DNA from: an uncultured bacterium
GTDB lineage: Bacteria; UBA8481
Assembly (NCBI GenBank): GCA_964637705.1
Contig: CAZWVM010000073.1
Location: 1-15,859 of the forward strand
DNA: 15,859 nucleotides
Direction of reading: 5' to 3'
In this document: positions 7,168-14,137 of the stretch, one piece after another
Layout of the letters: the number at the start of each line of letters is the position of its first letter
Numbering within the stretch: position 1 is the first letter of the stretch
Program-made: the position numbers and the translations under genes
Notes under the pieces: generated by a model
What the model saw: the letters and a program-made list of their open reading frames with translations, nothing else
Databases searched by the model: none
Told to the model about the DNA's origin: nothing

Positions 7168-9093
7168 TCAGCCCTTCTTCCCCAGGACGTTCTCCAGCAG
7201 TTCCTGCGCGATGCCGGACTTGGCCTCGTCCTTGCCGCCCTTCAGGAGCGCGCGGGCCTCGGTGAGAACCTGGCTGGAATCGACCGCCCGGTCGACGGCC
7301 TTGCCCGCGGTGATCGCGTTGACGATCCGGTCGAAGAACTGCGTCTCGCCGCCGACGATGTCGACCTTGGCGTTGGAGAGCGCCTCGCCCAGGACCTTGG
7401 CCTGGCTCTCCGCGACGTCCTTGCGGATGCCGATCTCCGCGAGCGCGACGTCCTTCTCGACGTTGAGCCTCAGCTTGAACTCCTCGTGCTGGCGCCCCGC
7501 CTCGTGGAAGAGCTTCATGGCCTCGGCCTTCTTCGTGATCCCGTCCGCCTCGGCCTTGAACTTGAGCTGGGCCACCGAGGCCTCGGTCTCGCCCTGCTTC
7601 TGAAGCGCCGCCGCCTTCGCGCCGATGACGTTGGCCTCCGCCAGCCCCGACGCGGCCTGTTCCGCGGTCACGCCCTCCGCGAGGGCCTTCTTCCCGACCG
7701 CGATCTTGATGCTGGCGTTCTGCTCGCCCTCGGCCTCGATCACTTCCTGCTCGGCCTCGAGCTCCGCGGCCTTTTTCGCGGCCTCCGCCGCCTTCAAGCG
7801 GACGATCATGTCCTGGTCGGCCTTCAATTCCGCCGCCTTCTTCGCCGCCTCCGCGGCCTTCACGTTCTTGACGACCGCCTGCTCCGCCTCGGCCTCGGCC
7901 ATCGTCAGCATGACCTTCTTCTCGCGCTCGGCGGTCGCGAAGGCCTCGGTGTCCTTCACCCTCTGTTCCTCGGCCACCACGTCCTTCTGGACCATGACCC
8001 GGGCGCGGATGACCTCCTGGATGTTCTTCTGCTCGGTCTCCACCGCCTTGGTCTTCTCGATCGTGGCGAGCGAGGTGATCTTCTCGCGCTCGATGTCCTC
8101 CAACTGGCGGTCCTTCTCGACGCGCACCTTCTCCACGGCGTCCGTGCGCTCGCGGTTGCGCGCCGCCACGATGACCTGCCGGTTCTTGTTCTCCTCCGAG
8201 ACCTGGATCTCCTCGTCCGAGGCGATCCGCGCCTTCTCGTGCTTCAACCTCTGCTCCTGCTGGAACTTGATCGTCTCGGCCTCTTCCCGCGCCTTGATCG
8301 AGGCGACCTCGCGCATCTGCTTCTGCTCGGCCTCCGCCAGTTGGCGATTCTGCTCGAGGATGATCTCGCGGGTCTCGACGTCCTTCTTGTTGATCTCCCG
8401 CTCCTTGTCGCGGTTCCGCTCGTTGGTGAGGACCGCCTGCGCGGCGGTGCGCTCGGTGATCAGCTTGATGCCCTCGGCGTCGAGGATGTTGTTCGGATCG
8501 AGCTTCTCGACCTTGGACTGCTCGAGGATGTCGATGGCCGCGTCGTCGAGGACGTAGCCGTTGAGATCGGTGCCGACGTGGCGCTTGATCGCCTCGCGGA
8601 ACTCCGCGCGCTTGTTCAGGAGATCCTCGAAGTTGAAGTCGCGCCCGGCCGTTTTCAGGGCGTCCGAGAACTTCGGCTCGAAGAGTTCGGCCAGGACCTG
8701 GGGATCGGAGGCGCGCACGCAGCCGAGCGTCTGCGCCACCATCTTCACGTGCTCGGGAAGCTTGGAGTCCACGCGGATGTAGAAGGTGACCTTGATGTCG
8801 GCACGGAGGTTGTCCTTGCAGATGAGGCCGGTCGAGCCCTCGCGATGGATCTCCACGCGCTTCACGCTGATGTCCATCATCTCGAGCCGGTGCACGATCG
8901 GGAAGACGAAGATGCCCGAGTCGAAGGAGATCTGGATGCCGCCCACGCCCGTTCGGACGAGCGCCTGACCCTGCTGGGGAATCCGGTAGGTCCAGCCGAT
9001 GATGAGCCGCAGGATTCCATACAACACGGCGAAGCCCACGAGAGCCGCCAGGACCATGCCGATGGCGGAAACGATCCAGGTGATGATTTCCAT
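7168..9093 (-). CDS. flotillin-like SPFH/band-7 domain protein (FloT/YqiK type). It has an N-terminal TM helix, an SPFH domain, and a long Ala/Glu/Lys-rich coiled coil
   Basis: 641 aa. The N-terminus is MEIITWIVSAIGMVLAALVGFAVLYGIL (TM). The SPFH core is KDNLRADIKVTFYIRV...NFEDLLNKRAEFREAIKRHV. The C-terminal half carries KAAEAAKKAAEL-type EA repeats. An AAAGGGG SD-like run lies 7-9 nt before ATG 9093. The alternative-frame 863-aa ORF is Arg/Gly junk. Confidence 0.9.
   Translation of the reverse strand: MEIITWIVSAIGMVLAALVGFAVLYGILRLIIGWTYRIPQQGQALVRTGVGGIQISFDSGIFVFPIVHRLEMMDISVKRVEIHREGSTGLICKDNLRADIKVTFYIRVDSKLPEHVKMVAQTLGCVRASDPQVLAELFEPKFSDALKTAGRDFNFEDLLNKRAEFREAIKRHVGTDLNGYVLDDAAIDILEQSKVEKLDPNNILDAEGIKLITERTAAQAVLTNERNRDKEREINKKDVETREIILEQNRQLAEAEQKQMREVASIKAREEAETIKFQQEQRLKHEKARIASDEEIQVSEENKNRQVIVAARNRERTDAVEKVRVEKDRQLEDIEREKITSLATIEKTKAVETEQKNIQEVIRARVMVQKDVVAEEQRVKDTEAFATAEREKKVMLTMAEAEAEQAVVKNVKAAEAAKKAAELKADQDMIVRLKAAEAAKKAAELEAEQEVIEAEGEQNASIKIAVGKKALAEGVTAEQAASGLAEANVIGAKAAALQKQGETEASVAQLKFKAEADGITKKAEAMKLFHEAGRQHEEFKLRLNVEKDVALAEIGIRKDVAESQAKVLGEALSNAKVDIVGGETQFFDRIVNAITAGKAVDRAVDSSQVLTEARALLKGGKDEAKSGIAQELLENVLGKKG
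7735..7866 (-). repeat. in-frame tandem duplication (~66 nt, 22 aa) inside the flotillin coiled coil. KAAEAAKKAAELKADQDMIVRL is followed by KAAEAAKKAAELEAEQEVIEAE
   Basis: Two near-identical DNA copies (gcggcctttttcgcggcctccgccgccttca and gccgccttcttcgccgcctccgcggccttca) lie about 66 nt apart. Coordinates are approximate. Confidence 0.5.
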
Positions 9094-9174
9094 GCCTGAC
9101 CCCTTTCAATCCCCCGAGTTGTTCCGTGAGTGCGTAGAAGCGGCGTGCCGGTAAAACGGTACCGTGAAGACCTT

Positions 9175-10890
9175 TTATGTCAACGTCTTTGAAGCGACGA
9201 CGGTTCCCTCCCGCGATTCCTCGACCGTCAGCGAGGCGATCGCGGACGACAGTCCGATCTCCCAGGAGGCCGACTCCCCCCCGCGCCGGTCGATGACCGA
9301 AAGCACGACCGGGATCTCGGAGGGGTCGGAGAGCCCGTTCAGGTGGACCGAGCCGAAGAAGACGGCGACGCCCTCGAACGCCAGCGTCCGCGCCTCGGCG
9401 AGAGCGCGCTCGACCTGGGTCCGGGCCTGGAGAACGGCCACGAGCAGGGGGCGCGCAGCCTCGCCGCAACCCCGGATCTCGTCCAGGTCGCGGCCGGAGA
9501 GCGTGGCCGCCACGTCCGCGATGCGCGGGATCGCGTGGTCGCCCTCGAGAACCGCCCGCAGTGCGCCGCAGCAGTGAGACTCCCGGCCGTAGCGGTCCAT
9601 GCATCCGTAGACCCGCCGACCCTCCTTCTCCATCACGCCGCAATGCGACTGGAGACGCGCGATGAGCGCGAGCGTCCCGCCACCATCGAAGTGGCGGGCC
9701 GCGATGGAGAGCGATCCGGGTTCGTAGCATCCGCCGCGGTTGGAGGTGACGACCGCCGAGCCGCGGCCCTCGGACAGGGCGGGCAGCATCAGGCCCACGC
9801 CGCTCCGGGCGAAGCGCACCCGCGAATCCTGCTCCGCTTCGTCGGTGCAGGTCACGTGCAGGGCCCCCACGCGATCACAGGCGAAGTACCGGACGAGCGC
9901 CGCCAGGAGCACGTTCGTCCGGAAGAGAGGCGTCTCGCGTCCGATCACGGCACGGATGCGTTTCTCGAGGAACCGGTCAGACAAAAGGCCCGGCGCGCCT
10001 GCGCACCGGTTCGGGAACCGCGACGCCGGGGTGCTCGGCGCGGAGATCGTCGCGGCGACGGAGACGTCGGCGGCGGAGAGGATGCGCGCCGGCTCCAGGG
10101 TGGGGCCGGCCATCGGCTTCTTCTCGAGCGCGGCGGCCGCGGCGGCGGGAGCCATGACGTCCATGCGGGGCGCGTCGACCGGGCCAGTCTCGGAGGTGGC
10201 GACGTGCGGCGGCGCATGAGGATCCTCGGGGACCACCGCCCGCGCCGCCTCCAGGGACTCCTGGACGCGCTCGTGAATCTCGTTCGGATCCAGCCGTCCC
10301 TTCTTCGCGTCGTCCCAGACCTCCCCGAGGTCCTGCGATGCCTTCCTCGCCATCTCCTCGATCGCCGCACGGCCCTCGTCGTACTGCTTCCTGAGGACAC
10401 CGGTCACGTCGACGACCTGTTCCGCGATCGTCGCCTCCGGCCTAGCCGCCGCGGCCGCGGCCGGCGAGAACTCGCCGAGGAGATCCCTCACCGCCGAGGC
10501 CACCTCGTCCGGCTTCGCCTTCCCGCGCGCCGCCGCCTCGATCTGGGACTTCACCCACTCGGCGCGCCTCAGGACATTCTCGCGTTTCTCCTTCAGCCGG
10601 TCCTCGCCGTCGGAGAGGAGGTCCTTCACCTCGGCGGCCGTCTCCGTCCAGTCAGGCGCTTCACCGCGCTTCGACGCGGTTCGCGCCGCCACGCGAGCCA
10701 AGACGTCGGGCTGATCTTTCAGTTCGCCGAGAGCGTCGTTGATCAGGGCGCGGAGCGCCTTGCGATTCTGCTTGCGGAAGAGCGGCAGCAGGGTCTCGGC
10801 CGCGCCCTTCGTCTCGAAGGAATCGTGGAGGGTGCGCGCCTGCTCGAGAAGCGACTCGAGAGCCGAGGACTCAACCGGATTCGTTCTCAC
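9175..10890 (-). CDS. hypothetical protein (571 aa) with an N-terminal alpha-helical/coiled-coil region, a Pro/Ala-rich linker and a Cys/His-rich C-terminal domain
   Basis: ORF with plausible composition; the opposite-strand 665-aa ORF is Arg-rich junk. The GTG start at 10890 overlaps the upstream gene's TGA as GTGA. C-terminal Cys pattern: FAC, TCT, GGCYEPG, SHCG, YGCMD, SHCCG, RGCGE. No family recognised. No TM segment, so it is not NfeD. The 5' end is uncertain because few in-frame Met are present. Confidence 0.6.
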   Translation of the reverse strand: MRTNPVESSALESLLEQARTLHDSFETKGAAETLLPLFRKQNRKALRALINDALGELKDQPDVLARVAARTASKRGEAPDWTETAAEVKDLLSDGEDRLKEKRENVLRRAEWVKSQIEAAARGKAKPDEVASAVRDLLGEFSPAAAAAARPEATIAEQVVDVTGVLRKQYDEGRAAIEEMARKASQDLGEVWDDAKKGRLDPNEIHERVQESLEAARAVVPEDPHAPPHVATSETGPVDAPRMDVMAPAAAAAALEKKPMAGPTLEPARILSAADVSVAATISAPSTPASRFPNRCAGAPGLLSDRFLEKRIRAVIGRETPLFRTNVLLAALVRYFACDRVGALHVTCTDEAEQDSRVRFARSGVGLMLPALSEGRGSAVVTSNRGGCYEPGSLSIAARHFDGGGTLALIARLQSHCGVMEKEGRRVYGCMDRYGRESHCCGALRAVLEGDHAIPRIADVAATLSGRDLDEIRGCGEAARPLLVAVLQARTQVERALAEARTLAFEGVAVFFGSVHLNGLSDPSEIPVVLSVIDRRGGESASWEIGLSSAIASLTVEESREGTVVASKTLT

Positions 10891-11381
10891 CGGGCCTCAA
10901 ACTCCGCCGGTGGCCTCTTCGCGATGACCTCCTCGAGCAGGGCCGCGATCCGGTCCAGCCGATCGATGATCCTGTTATCGGCGGGCGGAAGAAGTTCACG
11001 GGTGCCTCGCTGTTGCACGCCCTCCGCCACGGCCAGTCCCTGCATGGCCGGGCCGATGCCCATGACCAGGCCGAGGATGTACTTGCCGAGGGGCGTCACC
11101 GCCCCTCCCCCGTCGGAGACCGCGGCGATGCATGTGCTGACGGTCCAGAAGGCGTCCGCGAAGGACGTGACCCGGGGATTCCGATCCTCTTCGGCGAGAA
11201 AGAAAAGGATCGAGCCGGCCAGAGTCGCCGTCATGATGCTGTCGATCGGACGCTCCGAGACGTGGCGCACCGCGAGTTCCTTGAGCATGGGAGAAGAAGA
11301 ACCGGGCGCGGGCGTCGGCCGCGAACCCGTGACGGCGTAAAGGAGATCTCCGGTCAGACCATCGAGAAAGGACTCCGCCAT
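10887..11381 (-). CDS. small two-TM pore-loop ion-channel homologue (KcsA-like fold) with a non-canonical selectivity filter
   Basis: 164 aa from ATG 11381. A perfect GGAGGA SD lies at about 11394-11389, 7 nt upstream; the track ORF's GTG at 11387 is less likely. The layout is TM1 (SIMTATLAGSILFFLAE), a pore helix (SFADAFWTVSTCIAAV, compare KcsA YPRALWWSVETATTV), a filter position reading SDGGG instead of GYGD, and TM2 (GKYILGLVMGIGPAMQGLAVA). Confidence 0.7.
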   Translation of the reverse strand: MAESFLDGLTGDLLYAVTGSRPTPAPGSSSPMLKELAVRHVSERPIDSIMTATLAGSILFFLAEEDRNPRVTSFADAFWTVSTCIAAVSDGGGAVTPLGKYILGLVMGIGPAMQGLAVAEGVQQRGTRELLPPADNRIIDRLDRIAALLEEVIAKRPPAEFEAR

Positions 11382-11425
11382 GGTCACATCCTCCCCAACC
11401 CGCCCCGCCTCGGGTCTCCGGGGGG

Positions 11426-11454
11426 AATCTCCGGGAGAAGACTCATTCTGTCAA
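11426..11454 (-). promoter_or_regulatory. candidate sigma70-type promoter of the five-gene minus-strand cluster. Perfect -35 TTGACA (11454-11449), 17-nt spacer, weak -10 GAGATT (11431-11426)
   Basis: Read from sequence. It lies in the 173-nt divergent intergenic region, about 45 nt upstream of the SD/ATG of the channel gene. The -10 is poor, so this is tentative. Confidence 0.3.
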
Positions 11455-11534
11455 CGTGAAACGCCCGGTCGGGAGCGCGCCTGTTCACATGAGTCGCCGG
11501 CATTTCTAGCGTGCACCCGCCCCGGGCGATCGAG

Positions 11535-11564
11535 TTGACGGCGCCCGGTGCGCCGTGGTCCAAT
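11535..11564 (+). promoter_or_regulatory. candidate promoter of the RCK-channel gene. -35 TTGACG (11535-11540), 18-nt spacer, TGg + TCCAAT (11556-11564), then 8 nt to ATG 11573. Possibly leaderless
   Basis: Read from sequence. No SD precedes ATG 11573. Confidence 0.3.
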
Positions 11565-11572
11565 CCTCGCCG

Positions 11573-12583
11573 ATGACCTCATTGCGCGCGCGCCTCGTCT
11601 ACGCCCGGATCCTCTGGAAGGAATTCCGCGCTTCGATACTCGCCTTCATCGCGGTCCTCGCGCTCGGCACCCTCGCCACGCACGCTCTCTACGACATCGC
11701 GCCCCTCAGCCTGCCCGAGGCGCTCTGGGGCACCTTCACGCTCATCTTCTTCCAGCCGTCCCTCGCCTTTCCCCGTCACCCCGCGCTCGAGGCCGTCTTC
11801 TTCCTCATTCCCGTCGTCAGCTTCCTCATGGTCGTCGAGGGTTTCCTGCGCTTCGGCGCTCTCGTCGTCAACCGCAACCAGAACCCGGAGGTGTGGAACA
11901 TGGCCCTGGCCCAGTCCTTCGAGAATCACGTCGTGATCGCCGGCATGGGAAAGATCGGGCTCCGCGCCGCCCGACTGCTCCTCGACGACGGCGAGCGCCT
12001 GGTCTGCGTGGAGAAGAACCCGGAATCGCTGCCGCGGACGGAGTTCGAGGAGCGCGGGGCGGCCCTGATCACCGGCAACATCCTCGCCGACGACGTCTTC
12101 CGCAAGGTTCACGTGGAGAAGGCCAAGTGCTTCATGGCCTGCACCGACGACGACCTCGTCAACTTCGAGTCGGCGCTGAAGGCGCGCGCGGTCAACCCCG
12201 GCATCCGCGTGGTGCTGCGTCTCTTCAACGACAAGCTGGCGTCCCAGATGGAATCGAACTTCAACATCTCGATCGTCTACAGCTCCTCCGCCCTCGCCGC
12301 GCCCTCCTTCGCCTCCGCGGTCTACTCCAAGAACATCAAGGACTCCTTCGTGATCGACCACGAGCGTTTCTGCCTCCTGCACTGCCTCGTCGACGCGGTG
12401 TCGCCGTTTTGCGGCCTGGTACACGCGGACGTGGAGCGGCAGTTCGAGGCGACGATCGTGGTGCACAAGGATTCCGCGAAGAGGAAGAAGCCCGGGGATC
12501 CGCAGACGCCGGTCGAAGAGGGAGACAACCTCATCCTCATCGTTCCCTTCCGCGTGGTGAAGGCAAAGGCGGGACGGATCTAG
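11573..12583 (+). CDS. MthK-like 2TM + RCK (TrkA-N / TrkA-C) ion-channel family protein with a degenerate pore signature
   Basis: The N-terminal TM pair flanks a pore-loop-like LPEALWGTFTLIFFQPS (MthK: SLYWTFVTIATVGYGD). The TrkA-N Rossmann motif is HVVIAGMGKIGLRAARLLLDDGERLVCVEKNPE. The TrkA-C-like C-terminus is DNLILIVPFRVVKA. The track ORF begins at GTG 11555; ATG 11573 is preferred (see the promoter note). Confidence 0.8.
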   Translation: MTSLRARLVYARILWKEFRASILAFIAVLALGTLATHALYDIAPLSLPEALWGTFTLIFFQPSLAFPRHPALEAVFFLIPVVSFLMVVEGFLRFGALVVNRNQNPEVWNMALAQSFENHVVIAGMGKIGLRAARLLLDDGERLVCVEKNPESLPRTEFEERGAALITGNILADDVFRKVHVEKAKCFMACTDDDLVNFESALKARAVNPGIRVVLRLFNDKLASQMESNFNISIVYSSSALAAPSFASAVYSKNIKDSFVIDHERFCLLHCLVDAVSPFCGLVHADVERQFEATIVVHKDSAKRKKPGDPQTPVEEGDNLILIVPFRVVKAKAGRI

Positions 12584-12586
12584 CGC

Positions 12587-13462
12587 CTACAGGAACGCCG
12601 CGCCCACGATCCCGGCGTCGTTGCCGAGTTCCGACTTGACGATCTGGTAGCTGTCCCGGAGCACCGGGTAGACGTGCTCCGAGGTCGCGGTGCGCAGGGG
12701 ACTGAAGAGGACGGTGCCGGCCTTGGCGATCTGACCGCCGACGACGATCCGCTCGAGGTTGAGGACCTGGATCATTCCTCCGAGGACCTGCCCCAGGTTC
12801 TGGGCCACGCCCTCGTAGACGGCCTTCGCCCACTCCTCGCCGTCGTGAGCCCGCTTCGCGACGATCTCGGGGTCCACGTCGACGATCTCGGGCTTCATCG
12901 AACGCGCGCGCCGCACGATCGCCTCCTTCGCCACATACTGCTCGAGGCACCCCTTGTTGCCGCACGGACAAGGGTGCCCGCCCGGAATCAGCGTGAAGTG
13001 CCCGATCTCCCCGGCCGTCTGGTCCTTGCCGAGGTGGAGACTGCCGTTGAGGATGAGCGCGCCGCCGAGACCGGTGCCGAGGGTGATGACGAGGATGTCG
13101 CGGAAACCGACGCCGGCGCCGAAGAGGAATTCGCCCCAGGCGATGGCGTTCACGTCGTTGGCGACCTTGACGGGAACGCCGAGCTTGGAGGAGAGCAGCT
13201 CCGCCAGGGGCACCTCGTTCCAGTGAGGAAGGTTCGGCGAGGTGCGCACGATGCCGCGCGCGTGATCAATGAGGCCGGGCGCTCCGATGCCGACGGAATC
13301 GAACTTGCCGAGCTTCTGGCAGAGCGACGCCATGATCTCGACGACCCTTTCCGGCCCGTCCCCCGCCGGGGTCGCCACGCGCGCCCGCTCCGTGACCTCT
13401 CCCTTCGGACCGACGAGGCCCGCGCGCAGGTTGGTTCCGCCGAGATCGATGCCGATCTTCAT
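12587..13462 (-). CDS. glcK: ROK-family glucokinase
   Basis: MKIGIDLGGTNLRAGLV is the ROK N-terminal ATP-binding motif. The Zn-binding motif is GHPCPCGNKGCLEQY. Start is taken at the Met of MKIG (codon 13462-13460), preceded by purine-rich AAAGAGAGA. The 11 extra N-terminal residues in the track ORF are probably not translated. The stop lies 3 nt from the convergent RCK gene stop. Confidence 0.9.
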   Translation of the reverse strand: MKIGIDLGGTNLRAGLVGPKGEVTERARVATPAGDGPERVVEIMASLCQKLGKFDSVGIGAPGLIDHARGIVRTSPNLPHWNEVPLAELLSSKLGVPVKVANDVNAIAWGEFLFGAGVGFRDILVITLGTGLGGALILNGSLHLGKDQTAGEIGHFTLIPGGHPCPCGNKGCLEQYVAKEAIVRRARSMKPEIVDVDPEIVAKRAHDGEEWAKAVYEGVAQNLGQVLGGMIQVLNLERIVVGGQIAKAGTVLFSPLRTATSEHVYPVLRDSYQIVKSELGNDAGIVGAAFL

Positions 13463-13537
13463 TGTCGTCTCTCTTTCGCCCGGCCCCGCCGCCACCCCTC
13501 TCGTGGGTTCCGCGCGACGCCCGCATGAAGTGCGGTT

Positions 13538-13565
13538 ATCATACTCGTCCCATGGTCAAAGTCGA
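13538..13565 (-). promoter_or_regulatory. possible glcK promoter (minus strand). TCGACT, 16-nt spacer, TATGAT
   Basis: Reverse complement of about 13538-13565 reads TCGACTttgaccatgggacgagTATGAT, about 75 nt upstream of the glcK ATG. Coordinates are approximate and the -35 is weak. Confidence 0.25.
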
Positions 13566-13674
13566 CCCCTGCCCGTCTCCAGATCCCCGGGAACGGCCCA
13601 AAGAGACCTAACACGAACACGTGGAGGCTGCGGCGTGCCGATCCAGAAAAAGAACCTTCCATGGAAGTATTTGC

Positions 13675-13704
13675 TTGACGAGGACCTGCCGGGAGGCCGA
13701 TAAT
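13675..13704 (+). promoter_or_regulatory. sigma70-like promoter of the cold-shock gene. TTGACG (13675-13680), 18-nt spacer, GATAAT (13699-13704). The leader to the csp ATG is about 140 nt
   Basis: Hexamers read directly and frame-checked against the overlapping track ORF. A long 5'UTR is typical of cspA-family genes. Confidence 0.5.
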
Positions 13705-13849
13705 AGCCATGAAATTGATCAGGGAAGTATCTGTGCCTGAGTTCTTGGTGATTAGGCTTGGACCTCTCACAGAATAGCGGGGCCGCCGGCCGATAGGCCG
13801 CGGGCTAACAGACCTCCTTGAGCAATGAATTGTAAGGAGGTGGCCTAGC

Positions 13850-14050
13850 ATGGCAACCGGAACAGTCAAGTGGTTCAACGCCCAGAAGGGCTTCGGCTTC
13901 ATCAAGCAGGAGAACGGCGAAGATGTCTTCGTCCATTTCTCCGCGATCAAGTCTGAAGGCTACAAGACGCTCGACGAGGGCGCGAAGGTGAACTTCGAGG
14001 TCGTCAAGGGCGAGAAGGGTCTTCAGGCGGCGAACGTCACGCTCGGCTAA
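13850..14050 (+). CDS. cspA: cold-shock protein, CspA family (S1-like cold-shock domain)
   Basis: 66 aa [33 protein letters not shown]... with RNP1 (KGFGFI) and RNP2 (VFVHF) motifs. A strong SD AAGGAGGTG lies 8-9 nt upstream. Confidence 0.95.
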   Translation: MATGTVKWFNAQKGFGFIKQENGEDVFVHFSAIKSEGYKTLDEGAKVNFEVVKGEKGLQAANVTLG

Positions 14051-14066
14051 GAACCTGTCAACGAAG

Positions 14067-14097
14067 CGCCCGCCGGGCAACCGGCGGGCGTTTTCCT
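14067..14097 (+). terminator. rho-independent terminator downstream of csp. A 10-bp perfect GC stem (cgcccgccgg / ccggcgggcg) with a gcaa loop, followed by TTTTccTTT
   Basis: Read directly. It starts 17 nt after the csp stop (TAA 14048-14050). Confidence 0.7.
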
Positions 14098-14120
14098 TTA
14101 ACCGCCTCCCCATCCGCCCG

Positions 14121-14129
14121 TGGTACAAT
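14121..14129 (+). promoter_or_regulatory. extended -10 TGgTACAAT located 8 nt upstream of the moaA ATG (14138). Candidate leaderless promoter
   Basis: Read directly and frame-checked against the track. No SD or -35 is present. It sits immediately downstream of the csp terminator. Confidence 0.35.
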
Positions 14130-14137
14130 TCCCCCTG

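Noticed and set aside
1400-7603. 2067-aa plus-strand ORF antisense to the giant gene and part of the flotillin gene
   Set aside because: The translation is Arg/Leu/Gly/Asp-dominated low-complexity sequence, typical of the stop-poor reverse frame of high-GC coding DNA. The minus-strand frame carries clear Walker A/B motifs and SPFH homology.
7139-9730. 863-aa minus-strand ORF overlapping the flotillin gene in another frame
   Set aside because: It is an Arg/Gly-rich repetitive translation (RGG/GRG runs) with no motifs. The 7168-9093 frame encodes a textbook flotillin.
9343-11340. 665-aa plus-strand ORF antisense to the 571-aa and channel genes (also 9945-10400 minus and 9740-10219 plus)
   Set aside because: It has extreme Arg content and a 'RRRG' character, and is an antisense-frame artefact. 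The sense frame has SD-supported, homology-supported genes.
11548-12639. 363-aa plus-strand ORF in an alternative frame of the RCK-channel gene, plus 11579-12466 (minus) and 12537-12971 (minus)
   Set aside because: The alternative-frame translations are Arg/Pro/Gly-rich. Frame 11555/11573 gives the TrkA-N Rossmann motif GMGKIGL.
13269-13950. ORFs 13269-13703 (plus) and 13459-13950 (minus) in the glcK-csp intergenic region
   Set aside because: They overlap the glcK 5' end and the csp promoter/leader. They have Pro/Ser/Arg-rich composition, no SD and no homology. The region is better explained as promoter plus long csp 5'UTR.
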